In this document: piece after piece, positions 24,931-39,148 of the stretch | Layout: each line of letters opens with the position of its first letter | How positions within the stretch are numbered: position 1 is the first letter of the stretch | The notes under the pieces: generated by a model | Databases searched by the model: none | What the model was told of the DNA's origin: nothing | Seen by the model: only the letters and a program-made list of their open reading frames with translations | NCBI RefSeq assembly: GCF_963853765.1 | Contig: NC_088855.1 | Span: 51,026,001-51,090,000, forward strand | Direction: 5' to 3' | DNA: 64,000 nt | Source: Magallana gigas | Lineage: Eukaryota | Translations under genes and position numbers: made by a program

Positions 24931-26619
24931 GTATAGGGTTGGGATTCTTAATGCATGGTGTGGCTAAAAGCATGGTATTTGAATGTTAATGTATAGAAAA
25001 TGTTTAAAGAAGGTCTACTGACACGTAATAAAAACTGACTGCATATTTAGAAAAAAACATTAAGCTGTCATCTTTTATAATATTTCATGCCACCTACATG
25101 TAAAGTAAGTGTTATGGCTGGGAAGGGGGTATATTTGTCTTGTTATTTTATTCTGCTCAGGAATTTCAATGAAAGAAATGAGATAATTCACATACTTGTG
25201 TGTTTAGAAATGAGAAAGAATGAAGCTGTGTATCAAAGTAAAGATACTGTGAAAGTTAAAGCAATATGAGCTGTATTTTTCAGAATTTTATTTTGCTGCA
25301 AAAACCTGTTAGTATGATAAATCTGCATGTAACTTAAACTTTTATGATAAACAAGATTTGAAAAAAACCAACAATGTTTGTCAGAAGACATATTTCACTT
25401 CTAAGGAATATATATAGCAGATCAAATTTTGTATATGACAATAATTCGACTTTGCTCAATTTAAGGCTTCTGAACGGCTTTTCCCACAAAAATATGGCTA
25501 ATAGAAATATAAAAACCATGATATCTTTTGTCATTTTAGTAGAAAATAACATTTTCGTAAAATAAAAATTTCGACATGAAAATGCGGCTCATATTGCTTT
25601 AATTGAGTTTATTCCCTCGCTTTTTCATAATGTATTTATTAATCATTAAATATATATGTAATTAAGAAGTTGTATGATAAAAAAAAACCTATTCAAGTAT
25701 TTTTATTTATTGAAACAAAAACAGTTTTTGAAGTCTTTAAGTAAATAAATAGACTCATAAATAGTAAAATATTAATTGGTTATCCAAAATCACTGATAAA
25801 CAGTACATGTAAAATGATTTTGGTATAAATACCAGATTGTGCTTCTCAACTTTAGAAAAGTTACAAACAGAAGTAAGTAAAATTTTTAAGCTTTAATCTT
25901 ATATAGTTGTTCTCTTTTATGATTTTTGTTTAAATGCCTACAGGTAGAGTTTCTGTCTGCCACCGGGGATGGAGAATGGGAGGTTGTTTTGATAAAACAT
26001 ATCTACTATAGTCTGTCCCAAGATATTTATGCTGCACATTTGGACGATTTTTAATAAAAATACACATACATGTGAAAGAAGTGCAATTGAAATGGTTTAA
26101 AGTGGTAATTTCCAAGATAATTACATTGACACATTATCATCTTTCACTCGGAAAAAATGCACAGGAACAAAACATATTCCTTACGGAGATTTATAATGGG
26201 GAATGTTTACATTTTTCCATTCGGGATACATCACGCAATTTTTCAACGTTATTATCCGGGCTAGCTGCAGTACAAAATCCCCGTAGACATCACATTTTTT
26301 AGCATTGTATTGAAACCTGATTAAGAAACAGGGGGCGTTTCTACTAAGAAATCTTGAAAATTTTTCATACTTTTGAATGAACATCGTTTGAATCCTGAGG
26401 TATTTATAAATATCGAGCAATTAAGCAAAATGTGAATCGAGGATTTCTTGGGACAGAGTATAGCCGCCTAGTTTTAGTTTATCTATGAAAAACATAAACA
26501 AATAAAACCTATCTTGAAAGTTAATATATACGGGAAAATTATTTTAAACTTTTTTCTTGTCCCTTTTCATTATTAGGTCATGCACTCTATAATGATCTTA
26601 GTTTTTCGCTAAAATTATA

Positions 26620-26748
26620 CTGGCGTGCGACCAGTTCTTGCCGAGTACCATTTCTCGCCAGTGCATTGTTACGTCATTTTATCAACACATAAAATAATAT
26701 ACGAAAAATGGCGTAACAATGCACTGGCGAGAACTGGTCGCACGCCAG
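26620..26748. mobile_element. 129-bp TA-flanked foldback MITE
   Basis: TA at 26618-19 and 26749-50. Perfect 19-bp TIR CTGGCGTGCGACCAGTTCT / AGAACTGGTCGCACGCCAG. The arms stay complementary for ~25 more bp after a 17-nt insert in the left arm. Confidence 0.85.
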
Positions 26749-26920
26749 TAGGTGTCATAGTCCTTTTTGAAAGATTTCAGGCAGGAAGGTGGACGTCATT
26801 ACAATATTATATTTTTTTTCCTCTCCAGAATGAAACTTAAGGAAAATGCATATATGAGACCCATCGTAAAGGGGCTATGGCACTGTATGTATTGCAAGGT
26901 ATGGTATTGCACATCAGTAA

Positions 26921-26926
<6 letters not shown>

Positions 26927-26998
<72 letters not shown>
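26927..26998. repeat. (TA)36 microsatellite
   Basis: Direct reading. Confidence 0.95.
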
Positions 26999-27004
<6 letters not shown>

Positions 27005-28623
27005 CATTGAAGAAGTAATAAAATAAAAAAAAAATGGCTTCATATTTTAACAAAGGAGAATTCCTTATTTTAGAAGAATTTTAACTCATGTGTATAAAAA
27101 TGTCAACGCAATTAACAGAGAAAAAATTAAGATCTGCAGTAGTAGACACTGTATACTGATCCTTGGTAAAATCAACAAAAGGTCCATACACTAATGCAGT
27201 GATTCTCTTTTGAAAATTATAAAATTTCTTCAATGCAGTTCTATTAATGATAATTACATCAAAGATAGATTATTACTTACTAATAAGTTGCTATAGCAAA
27301 TCTTCTACCCTCCTAATCAATGTGAGACATCTAGGCAAAGTTTAACCTCAGCACTTACAACATATACTCCTAAAGGTTAAATTCCAACATTCCTACAACT
27401 TTCTGTGACTTGCATTTACGTAAGTAACGTAAGATGGTATTATCCCTGAGCAGTCAATTAATACTATTATTCATTGAAATGCAGCCATTATCTTTAAAAT
27501 TTGACTGTTGTCTAGGTATTGCCGTATTTCATACAGAAAAGAGTTCCTAACCCCAGATATAATTTCCGGCGACAACGTCACACAAAGCGAATCGCCACCC
27601 GTTAATTCCGACTTTGACTTCATGGAATTCATATAAATTTGCCATTAACTATCACAGAGTTATTAACAACAGGACATTAACCCAAACCTGTGTTGCTGTC
27701 GTTACTATGTGGATGCTTATGTAATGGTTTACGTGTTGCTACACGTAAATAACGACTTCACTGGACTTATTAGCATGTTTTGGAAATAGATTCACGGGAA
27801 TAATATGTATAAACGTGGCCTTAATGGAACTTAACTCTTATCATCCTCATAAAGAAACGATTGTTCCATCTGTATCCTCTGATGTCTTCTAAGTATGGTA
27901 ATAATCTTAGGACTAGTGTCTTGATATTTGGTTGGAGTTGGTATATTACCCAAAAATACAGTAATATTGTATTCATTATACGTCTAGTTTTTCATATGAT
28001 CAATATTCACTATATTTAAAATAACGACTAGAATGTTCAGCTAGAAAAACAATAGCTTATAGCACCAATCAATGGCAGACATCATTTTTGAAGCTTCACA
28101 ACCTAATGGGAATAGGCGATTGCATCGAGCGGATATGCTACGCTAAAATAACTCCAATTTTACGCTTCAACGCGTTTCTTTAGATACTCAAGAGGAAAAA
28201 CCAATATATCGTTTTTTCTTATTATTTTTCATGAGGCTATAAATCTACGTGACGTATGCTTTCTTTCCTCAGAATGTAATGTGCTATAATACAGAGCACA
28301 CTCTTTTTGCTATTGACCGCCTTTCCGTGCTGGACCCTACACTTCTCCCATAAATTCTTGAGAAACACTAATCAATTGGTCAAAGATGCTACCGCCAAAT
28401 GAACCAAAGCCAGTACACTCTTGCTGGATGGACACGGATTCCTAAAGACAGTCTTAATTAATTCTGATGATGTTCATTAGTATAAGATCGATTATGAGCA
28501 GTTTATACAGGTAGCTGGACGTCAAAATAATTAGTTCGGTACACGGTGGTTGCTCCCTACCTGTGATTTGATCATCAGATAATAGAGTTGTGAGTAGTTG
28601 TTTGACATCAATCGGTACACCAA

Positions 28624-28856
28624 GAACCTTACTGATATCTTAGTTTCGATCAGTTGACCCCTAAAGAACTACACCTTACCGGTATCTTAGTTTCGGTCAG
28701 TTGACACCTAATGAACTACACCTTACCGGTATCTTAGTTTCGGTCAGTTGACACCTAAAGAACTACACCTTACCGGTATCCTAGTTTCGGTCAGTGGATC
28801 AGTGGACATCAAGATAACTACACCTTACTGATATCTTAGTTTTGATCAGTGGACAC
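28624..28856. repeat. 47-bp minisatellite, ~5 units
   Basis: GAACTACACCTTACCGGTATCTTAGTTTCGGTCAGTTGACACCTAA(A/T) at 28666, 28713 and 28760, plus diverged outer units. Confidence 0.95.
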
Positions 28857-31800
28857 ACTGATTGCTCTTAACTTTTCCAAATCATTAATCATCGAATAAA
28901 CAGCATTATTGCAATGAACCTGCACGAGAACCCGGAACTCTCCGGTTACTGTACATGTTAATAAATTAATTGGTTTTAGCAAAGTATTTTAAGCATCAAT
29001 AAATATAGGTCGAGTGTAGTTAAGTTATGCGTTATTTAGTGTTAAATTGAACTTTTACTTACGTTGCGTACGGGTTATGCGTACTGAAGTACAAATTGTG
29101 CTTCATTAGCATTTTTCATTTGAGCTTCTAAATTCAGATGTTTTAGCAATGCATTGATGGTGTCTGCATACAATATACTTTAAACGTGTAAATTATTACA
29201 CCTTTTTGGTTTCAGTTGGTTTTCGCTGAGGTTTTACCCAACAAAACATTTAAAACATCAACAACTGAACTTCTTATATCTGGTACACACAAGTTGAAAT
29301 CGACAATACATTCAAAGCTTTCAGACGTCAAATATTGAACTTGTTGCATACAAAGACTGAAAGGTTGAACTGGTCACAATGTTCAATACATCAATGATTT
29401 TATTTTGTAGCAGCACTAAGTTAATCTTTGTTCAATATCCCAATATCTGAGAGAGTTTTTAATCTTAACCATGGACAACAATTCAGCTTGCTATCCGACA
29501 GGTTATTGGTCGGTTAAATAAACAAGATGCATTACTTTATGTATTAATCAGTTTTGCTGAAAGTTTGGATTTAATATTTTGATTGTGTAACCCCTTTAGT
29601 TTAAAAAAGTTGTGTCCTTTGGGTACGAGTGCGAACATTAATGCAATAAAAACTGAGACTCCAACCAAGACATAATTCCAATTAGCTATCTCCATCTTCT
29701 TACGTGACCTTAGAAAATTATCATTTCACCCGCCTCACAGGCAGCGGTGAAAATTGAAGTCTAATCTGAATCTCAATTACCATTCGTTTTCTGATATCGT
29801 CTCCTCTGTCGATAGCAAATCAATTTGTACTTATCCTGCCGAGGCAAGCGGGGACCCTTAAATACTAAATGTGGTCCATGATAACTAAAATTCAATAAGT
29901 GTTCCAAACCAATATCGAGATACGTGATTGATAACGCGGGAATAGTGAAATCTTGGCCCGCACACGTGATCGAGAAAATTGAAATCAAATTACGCTCGAC
30001 TGTTTGACCAAAAATCTAGCATCATTTTCTGCCAAAAGGTATAAATCAGGGAATGATGCCGTTCGAATCACTTACCAAAAATATTTATGTATCCAATTAT
30101 ATGATTACATTACTGTTTCCACTTGTTCATCGCGATCTTTTTTTTTTTCATGTTACCGTTCATTTCATCTATAATTATCTCTCCGCAACTTTAACTGAAA
30201 TTCACCCTTATCAGACTTAGATATGATGCACGGCGTGGGGGACAAGTTAAATTGCCATGTTCTTATTAACTCAAAGTAAGTTAATTCATTCGTATTTTTA
30301 GATATTTCATGCACTCAAATAAATGACATTTATCCCTTTTCAACAAGTGTGCTGATCAGACGCAGACATTTCCAATTGTTTAGAGGCGTGGTACAAGAAT
30401 CCTCCCGTCTAATCTTTCTCTCTACTTCCCGCTATCTTACACCACAGTTAAAGACATTGTAATGACAATGCCCACTTGCACAATCGTGAAAGACAATGCG
30501 TATGACAAAAAATGTTATTTACTTTGTATCTTCAAAATGCATTTAATTATTGCCCTCGTATTCTTGAAAATGTACGTCTTTATTCTATACTAGTGAGTTT
30601 CCAAATGAGGTTCCTGGCCCCGAGAGTTAATGGAAGGAATAAAACTTAATTTGTATTATTATCACAATATAATATTACTTACTATGACTTTAAAAAATAA
30701 CTCAGATAGGTTAAGTTCAACTTTGAGCTTCCATTTCGGCCCCTCTTTTACCCGAGGTCATCTTTGGAATTATCTGGAATTTACAAAACTAGTTAGTTCC
30801 GGGAAAAAACGCCCCAATCCTTTTTTCATTATAAGTATTTCCCTTTGAAAGATTGCACGCCTCGATCATTGAAAAGCCTCTCATCTATATAAGGATGCTC
30901 TGTTAGGTTGAAATTTATCCAGTAAGGTGTGTAGTTCCAGAAAATCAGCGCCGAAGACGACCATTATTTTTTTTATTAGAAATTCCTATGCTCAACTGCT
31001 TAATCACACTAAAAGTTATACTAAGCAGTTTAATATTTCATCAAGGTTAAGCGTTTATAATTAATCTTGTGAGTATTACACATGATACTCACACATGTGA
31101 AATGTTTCAATAATTAAGGATATAACCTTTACTGTTTTGGAAATATGTTATCAACTACCGTATCAAATATCCTTTATTGAGGACGATACCCTTGATACAT
31201 AACATAACTAAGTAATAACTTTTCTGATCTTTAGAATCTGTTTTCTGATGTCATTGTGCATTGTGGAACCCAGAACTAAATGGAAGCAACCGGTTATCAA
31301 GTGGCTAAATGTACAACTGGGACAAACTAAAAAGCAGCTAGTGTCAAGAGTGATAGAGTATTCTTTATTGTTACTGAAAATCTAAAAAGCTTCAAAGCTC
31401 AATACATAATCAGCAAGGACCCGATTCCACACAAATCTCAGTAAACTGAATTATACAGAAAAAGCCCAGCGTTGATCAACATCTAAAGTTCTGTACACAT
31501 AACAATCTCAAATGTCCATTTGAACAATAGCGAAACAATACCTCAACGCCTGGTTTTTATGATGTGAGATGGTTTCAATACAGAGTTATTGATGCTTTAA
31601 ACAACCTCCATCAGGTATTTATTCAGGAAAATCTTTCACATCCGTTCTTCAACAACCGTGTTTTATTGTTAACATCATGTTCATTAATCAATGCCGTTAT
31701 AATTAAGTCTATTTCTGTGTCAAACAGTTTTCATTTCATTGATTGTTTTCATTTGTAAGACTATATTACATTACCTTAGCTAGGGGCGCTAGCATGCATG

Positions 31801-32254
31801 CATCAAGGTTAAGCGTTTATAATTAATCTTTTGATATTAAATTACAATAGATATTGACCAATAGTTTCAGAAAGATTTCAAGTTATAATTTTTGTCATAA
31901 TATAAAAAAAATATGAGTGAGTGACAATTTACGTACCTTTTATTACGTAAATAAAACACAAACGAGATTGTACCAAATGCCACCTTGCTCGGCAATTCGA
32001 CATTTGTCAATGCTGGTACAAACGGCAAAGTATGTGTTTTTATAGTGTTTCTTTTCCTGAAGATAACTAACTTCCGAACGAAACGAGGAAACCAGAAGAG
32101 GAAATGTCCTTTGACATTCAGCTATGATGACTGTGAATTAAAATTGTCCATAAAGAAAAATCAGCTTATATTCAACCAGATCAAAGAAAAGCCGAATACT
32201 TGTACCACTGGCTTACTGTCACGTCTACAAACAGAATCCCTGAGGCAAAACGTA

Positions 32255-32482
32255 ATCATGCTTAGTCCCTCTCAGTTATATATTGAGGTTGCAACCACAG
32301 TTTCACGATTTCATCTTTTTATTGCTAAATTTTTTCGACGCGTAAACAAGTACATATAAGTAAACCATCATGCTTAGTCCCTCTCAGTTATATATTGAGG
32401 TTGCAACCACAGTTTCATGATTTCATCTTTTTATTGCTAAATTTTTTCGACGCGTAAACAAGTACATATAAGTAAACCATCA
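32255..32482. repeat. 112-bp tandem duplication (one C/T difference)
   Basis: Copies start at 32255 and 32367; CACG vs CATG is the only mismatch seen. Confidence 0.95.
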
Positions 32483-32661
32483 ATAAATTGGTAAAAATTG
32501 ATCTAAAAGGTGTGTAATACTAGAAATTGGAGAAGACGGTGTATTTTATCTCACAAAATGTTGACTTATTATTGAAAAAAAAATTATAAATATGCCAAAT
32601 GTATCAACGAACGTCAAATGTATCGGTTCAGATGAAATAGTTACGAGGAGTCAAATTAAAA

Positions 32662-33686
32662 CTTGAGATATTATAGTGAGCAAGCTCACAAATGATACCC
32701 CCGCTAAAAAATATAATAACTCACTCTATTGAGTCTCAAGTAATGGACGCAACATTTTCTTATAGTGACCTTGAACTTGCAAACAATACCCAAGCTCATT
32801 TCCAGGAACTGAGCTTGGGTAATTTTTGCAAGTTCAAGGTCACTATAAGATATAAGATCTTTGTTTCAAATTTTAACTTCTAATCATTCTCCATTACAAG
32901 ATATAGCCTAGACAGGTTATATTCATTTTTTAACAATGACCTTGAAATTGCACAACCGAACCTGGGTCAAATTCTTGACACACCCTCCGGTCATAAGCAA
33001 TCTTTATGTGAAATGAGAACATACAACGGTTCTCCTTAAGGAAGTTATAGACAAGACAAAATTATAAACTTTTTTTGTCAATGATTTTAAACTTACTCAA
33101 ATAATCTTGGGTCAAAATCATGACACAACTTCGAGTTACATGCAAGAATTTTGTAAAGTAAGAACTTTCAATGTGTCACAATAAGGAAAATATGAACCAG
33201 ACACAAACTTTTCACTATTCCTTCCAGTAACCTTGAACTTGCCCAAAGGACCTTGAGCCAAATTCATGATACACCCACACGTCAAAACCAATCTTTATGT
33301 GATGTAGGAGCGTCCAATGTTTCTCAAAAGAAAATTATTGACTGGACACGAATTATGAACTTTTTCTTGCCAATAATCTTAAACTTGCTCAAATGACATT
33401 GGGTTAAAATCATGACAAACCCTCAGATGTAAGCATTCATTTTGCGAAGTAAGAACGTTCAATGTTTCTCCATAAGAAAACAATAGAGAATTATGCACGT
33501 TTCCTTCCAGTGACCTTGAACTTGCTCAAATGACCTTATTTCAAAATCACGTCACATCTTCACGTAATAGACGTTCTTTGTGTGAAGTAAAAACTTCTAA
33601 TTTTCTCCGTAACAAAGGTAAGAAAGACACGTTTGCACAAACAGACAAACGGACGAACAAGGTTATTCCTATGTTTGCGGGGTATA
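32662..33686 (-). mobile_element. Helentron-type non-autonomous element with ~6 units of a ~146-bp satellite, reverse orientation
   Basis: 3' hairpin GTGAGC-AA-GCTCAC and GATACCCCCGC at 32676-32703. Units marked by TGACCTTGAACTTGC near 32785, 32937, 33082, 33227, 33373 and 33510. 5' end TATACCCCGCAAAC at 33686. Same family as 58388-59130. Confidence 0.85.
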
Positions 33687-36600
33687 TGATTAGTTAAAGA
33701 AACCATTTTTTATCATTTTTTGGCTGACTTTTAATATTCTCTCCCTCATACTTGATATACTAGATTTCGCAGCTGTACAAAAAGCAAAATGATAAAATTA
33801 AACTTACCTGTACATGTTAGGAGAGAGAAAGAGAGTATGGTATCTAAATAAGATCTTCTCAACGGTTTGGAGCGACTGCAATTGAAGAGTACTATCTTTA
33901 TGGCATCTTTATACACGTGATGATATATTTGCTCACGTTAAAAATGCTACCCACACAAAAAACATATCATGCTTAAGAATCTCTGTAACTTGTATATCGA
34001 ATATAAATTGCCATTTTGCTGCCTTTGAATTTCAAACACTGATATTCAGCAATACAGATAAGTTTAATTTCTTATGAACAGAAACCAAGCAATGCTGTTA
34101 TTATTTTAATTACTCTTGCGATAATAATTTGACGAGTGCAAAGCCATAACATAAAAATAAAACTTGGCGGCAGATGATGTGATTGGGAACTACAATATGT
34201 ACCTGTACCAAAATTCTGAATGATAACGTCAGCATGTCTATTTCAAGATCAGATAGTTTATTTAGATTTTGAGAATGAATCGCGCCGTGGTCAGTACTAA
34301 TAGGTTCTCTGTATAACGGTACATAGTGTACTGAAATATGACATGTACATCTTTGTAGGTAAATAATTCATTTACACATGGCATATAGTTTTAACACGAA
34401 GGCGGTACCATTAAGGTTATTTCATTACCCCAGTGACATTCCTTGGGGTTTTATATAATAGCTCGTTGGACCTTTGTTAATGTTGTTCCACTTAAAAAAA
34501 ACTTTAATTAAATAATCATAGTAGTCAAATGTTGAAAGCAATCAAATATTTACTGGGAAAATAATATAATTTTAAAGCTGCTTGGTCTGATTTTATATAA
34601 AATTTTGGATACGCTTTTAAACGATGTTATACGTATGTGTATAATAATAGACTTTTCAGTAATTTTCCCGGTCAATTACGCCAAATTTCAATGAAAAAAA
34701 TTATGTACAAAATTTGTGAACAAAACAAGCGACAACAAAAGGGAATCGCGTTATTTCGCCTCATGTTAAAATTCACCCCTGACGTAGAGACCGGTATGGT
34801 TGTATTACGACTTCAACATTGCTATAAATAAAGGTCATAATGTTCAGGAAAATAAAGAAAAATGTGTATATTTTATTCGCTATCATTTCTGAAGTTTGCT
34901 TTGTTTACAATCGATGCATAACACGCGGGTTGAATAAACCCAATCGTCCGGGGGACTAAACCAAACGGTTCCTTTTTCTAAACATTCCTGTGATGCATTT
35001 TGGTTTGTTTTTTCGTTTGCCCAAAAAGAATTTTATTATATTTACTTAAAATATTTCCAACTTTGAAAGGAGACTAATTCTGCTGGTGTAAATAGGAGAA
35101 AGTCCATAACTTTCTTAGATAATTGGTTTGTATGGAAAATTATTTGATACTGTAAAAACTAAAAAACTCGGTCCAAGCAGCGTAAATGAATTGGTGAACG
35201 TTTCTGATATAGATTGTTAACAACAGTCAGTTTGACAAAAACCATCAGTTCAAACAGCTGCCTTCGTTTAAATAAAATACACCATATTAATCTCAAAATC
35301 TTTTTTCGTTATTGATTTAATGAATCTAAATAGCAAGCGACGAGGAAAGTAAAAAGTATCAATAGATTTAATCTTGTACGGTATTAGTACATGTATATTA
35401 AAGCTTTGAGTGGCTATACAAATGTATATTGATTGCAGGGACACTCAGAATCTATTTTATTTTGCCAGGCAATGTTTTTCATGTTTCTAGTTTTCCGGAA
35501 TAATATTTCATGCTCAAGGATTATTTAAGCTTTTCCTGAAGGAAAACAAATTGTCGGTTTTACATTTTTTGAAGAAGACAAAAGAAATTGAACGTGACAT
35601 CTCGTTGCATCAGTGGCTACATTACGTGAGCCATCAAAAGTCAAAACAAACTAAAAGCGGTATAACTGAGGGCTTTTTAAAGTCAGACTAATTAAATAAT
35701 TTATCTTGGCGAACAAAAATATACTTTTTGTTGTTATTAACAATCAAGTATTTATATAACCAGCACAATTATGATAATTGTGCATGATAATTGTGCAAAT
35801 GATCAGACATAGAATTATCTAAGACTTTACAGAAAGTTTAATGACAAGTCCTGTTCATGAAAGAAAACCTTCCAAAAGATATATTTGGCAAGAGATAACA
35901 GTTTTGGAAACCAACGCACCTCTGAAAACAAAGAGCTCATATTGAGATAGGTGTTCGTTGTTTGGGTTATGCTCCGAGATAGTGCTCCATCAATTTTATT
36001 ATTCTTTATCATTGGAAAAGAAAGTTTATTCTGTACATTAAACATATTTATATATTTATGGTGTCCTAACCAGCGTGACAGCGACCTCAGAATTAAACTA
36101 ATGGTACGATACTGAAATTAAAGAGTTTTTTATGGTTAACTCAATATGTAGAAACATACGGATGAAATTGATTCAAATTTAGATCGATTAGAGAATAACT
36201 CAAACTTTTAATACATAGCACGAATAATTCATATACTGGATTCCAAAACCATGAGAACCCTTGAATGTTTTAAATTGCATATCGTAAGTGTTCAGAGTGC
36301 ACACCATTATGCGTCTACGCTAGGGTAGTCGGGAAAGCATGCCAGTGCACTAATTGTCACATTCTTGGTTCAATAATTTGACGCACCACAATCCTCAGCT
36401 TAGTTTAAGAATTAGGTCTTTTTTGCGGATTTAGTACTTACTTTGTGTGTGTTGTGTCTGTGCATCAGTATTATGAAATATGTGAATGTCTAGGAACTTT
36501 ACTTGAGCCATTTATCATAAATCTTGTCTAAGTCACATTACGTTGTTGCGGCTGACATTTTGGGGCTTATTACTGGTAACTGGATGACAGTGATCGTAAC

Positions 36601-39148
36601 CAACTGCTCAGTAATCTTTACAACTGGATATTCTCTAATAGATTCTAAGCTGTAACGATGTATTATGTGAAATAACACATCATAATGTAAAATGAATTGT
36701 TGTATTTGAACTCAATATTATTTAACAATGTATTTAAACAAGTTTGAACAAATATAAAATTTTGTATCTAAATTTCAAATATACAAGTGTTTGAAGCTAT
36801 CTGGTTGCTCATTAAATACTCTTAAAACTTCAATAATGCATTGATACCATTGATTGCCTTAAAAACAATTTTAACAAATTTTAACCAGCGCCTAATTTTT
36901 ACTTTTGATGTCCCTGAAGATCAGAAATGTTTTCAAGATTCATTTTATTTTTACTTCCTTAACTCGTTAAGAAATAAACTAACGTAAAGTCACAAGAGGA
37001 CAGACAAAGTCATGATGCAAAAAAAATCGCCGTCTTAATAAAAGATCTGGGAAGATTCGCAGGGGACAGGGAGAGTGGGGAAATGCGTTTCAAACCATTC
37101 TAATCGATATCGAACTTTATCAAATAGTGTTCAAAAAGAGAACAGGATATTTTACTCCCATAAGGAAATCGTATATTATATAAAAGTCTTGGTTGTCTTT
37201 TGAAACTTTTTTTCTCAGTGTAGCTTTCTTTTTCATATGTTTTTTTCTCTTAAAAATATGACTTTAAAATGAACTCTGTAATTTGAAGTCATACTGCAGA
37301 ATGTAGTTCAAAAAAAATGTGTTTGACATTAAGTACAAAATTTAAAAAAAAATACTTATCAAAACGATAATGATGGTTGTAAGACCTTTTTTTTTTTTTA
37401 ATTTCTAGTTCCGGTAGTAAAAGAGGCCGACTATTCTTTTTCTTGTGCATGTTTTTGCGCATTGTAAAATACGGTGTATCTTTACCTTTCATGCAATATT
37501 TCGAAAACGTTTACTAATTGAACACAATAAACAAAATACAGAAAAAAATATTTAGATTTTTTAAGGAAAATTTACTTAAACGATTTTTCCAGTTTACGGT
37601 AGGTAAGCGTTGTCATTGTGCTTTTATGGCGATTGATAAAATGAAGCTTTGCAAGAGTACGTTATAGGAAATAACATAAAAGAAAAAGTAATTATCGTAT
37701 GCCTTTGAATTTCTATACACATAATAATGTTATGCCCAGGGTTATATTTCTTAATTTTTGAATGAATTCATTGTACCAATCTACATTTGTACTCATCAAA
37801 TATAGAGCAGACTTTGGTGCATTTCGATTTTTATGAGATCACTAATAAAAACCAGACGGTAGAATTTAGTATTTTTTTTTTAAATATAAGGCAGAAAATG
37901 ATACATGTATTACAAATCATATATTAAAATTTGAGGAAAATCGTTATTGTAGTGTAATAGCTATCCGCATTTATAAGCTGTCCGTGTACAAATGTTCCCA
38001 TTCGAATGGTGTAAAAGTTTCTTCAATATAGTTAGGTATCGTAGAGTACAATAAAAGCTACACTTGAAAATGTTTTCGAAGGATTGTATACATAATGTTG
38101 CACAGTTATAGTGAACGAATAGGACAAAAAGAAAAAAATAAACTGCTACCTACCTTTCAAAGGCGGAATAACATCTCAAGTTTCATTCAATGAGATATGA
38201 TAAAGTAACGGTGTATGTAAATCCTTTATCCCGGCGGCAGGCAATCTTTCGTTCAAAAACAAAAACAATGCGACTTTTCTCTTCTTCCTCTCGATCTATA
38301 TTGTTCGGGGCGTTGTTAAAGCCGATGGATTGGTTTCTGGTTTTCACCAAAGTTATCGATTTGGACGTTCTTAATCAGAACCAGATATACCTGGAGTGGT
38401 CACCTAAAATCAAAAAGATCGAATGCGTAGTAAAAACGTCGTCTGAAGTTGATATCTCCAGCATCATAATTGTTATTTGACTAAAAGGCATGTATGCAAA
38501 TTGATGAAACTTGTACATCGGCTTTTTCTCATTTGTCCATTATTTTTGTACATCAAATATAATTCTTGTAGCTATGTAAACTGTAGAAAAGGGAACAGTA
38601 TGCTATTCTTTTTTCGATTAAGCATCACACAGCTGCGTTCTTTGATCCCTGGTTAACATCCGTATATATCTTGAAAGAGTTCGGTGAATATTAATTTGCA
38701 TTTATATATAGCTCTATTAACGAAAATATTTGCGCCTTGGAGTACATTGCGCTTACAAAAAGTAGTGGAATATAGGGAACTCCCGTCGTGCGCCGCCTCT
38801 GGTTGTTGTAATATTTCCGCTTCATATCGTACACGACATTGCACCTATTGAGGACATTTCCTACATTATCTACACACACGTCGTCCCAGCACCCGGAGGT
38901 TACTTAATACATACGGCTAAGATAGTACCTTAGGAGTTATCTTTCAGATGGCACATGAATGCCCCCCATCACAGCAGGAATTGCAACTCTTTCATTATGA
39001 TAATTCTTTGCACCTGTTAGTGTGTAAATACTTGAAACCATTAAGGCAATGCTTGACGATATAACGTAATAGACTAAAACAGAACGACAGGAAGCGGGGT
39101 TTTTTTTGGGTTATGTATTTTACGTTCTATGCCATGTCTTCTTTCTTG

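Noticed and set aside
26767-27053. ORFs with IY runs
   Set aside because: Translation of the (TA)36 microsatellite.
28624-28856. CRISPR-like array (also considered for 50178-50378)
   Set aside because: Units are contiguous or separated by near-identical sequence, with no unique spacers and no cas genes; the context is eukaryotic.
31985-32359. 124-aa ORF containing a 33-nt GT-AG segment (32030-32062)
   Set aside because: Non-ATG start, no recognisable domain, the end is supplied by the 112-bp duplication, and the GT-AG segment is too short for a normal mollusc intron.
38190-38480. 96-aa plus-strand ORF
   Set aside because: No domain; the region looks more like a minus-strand untranslated exon.
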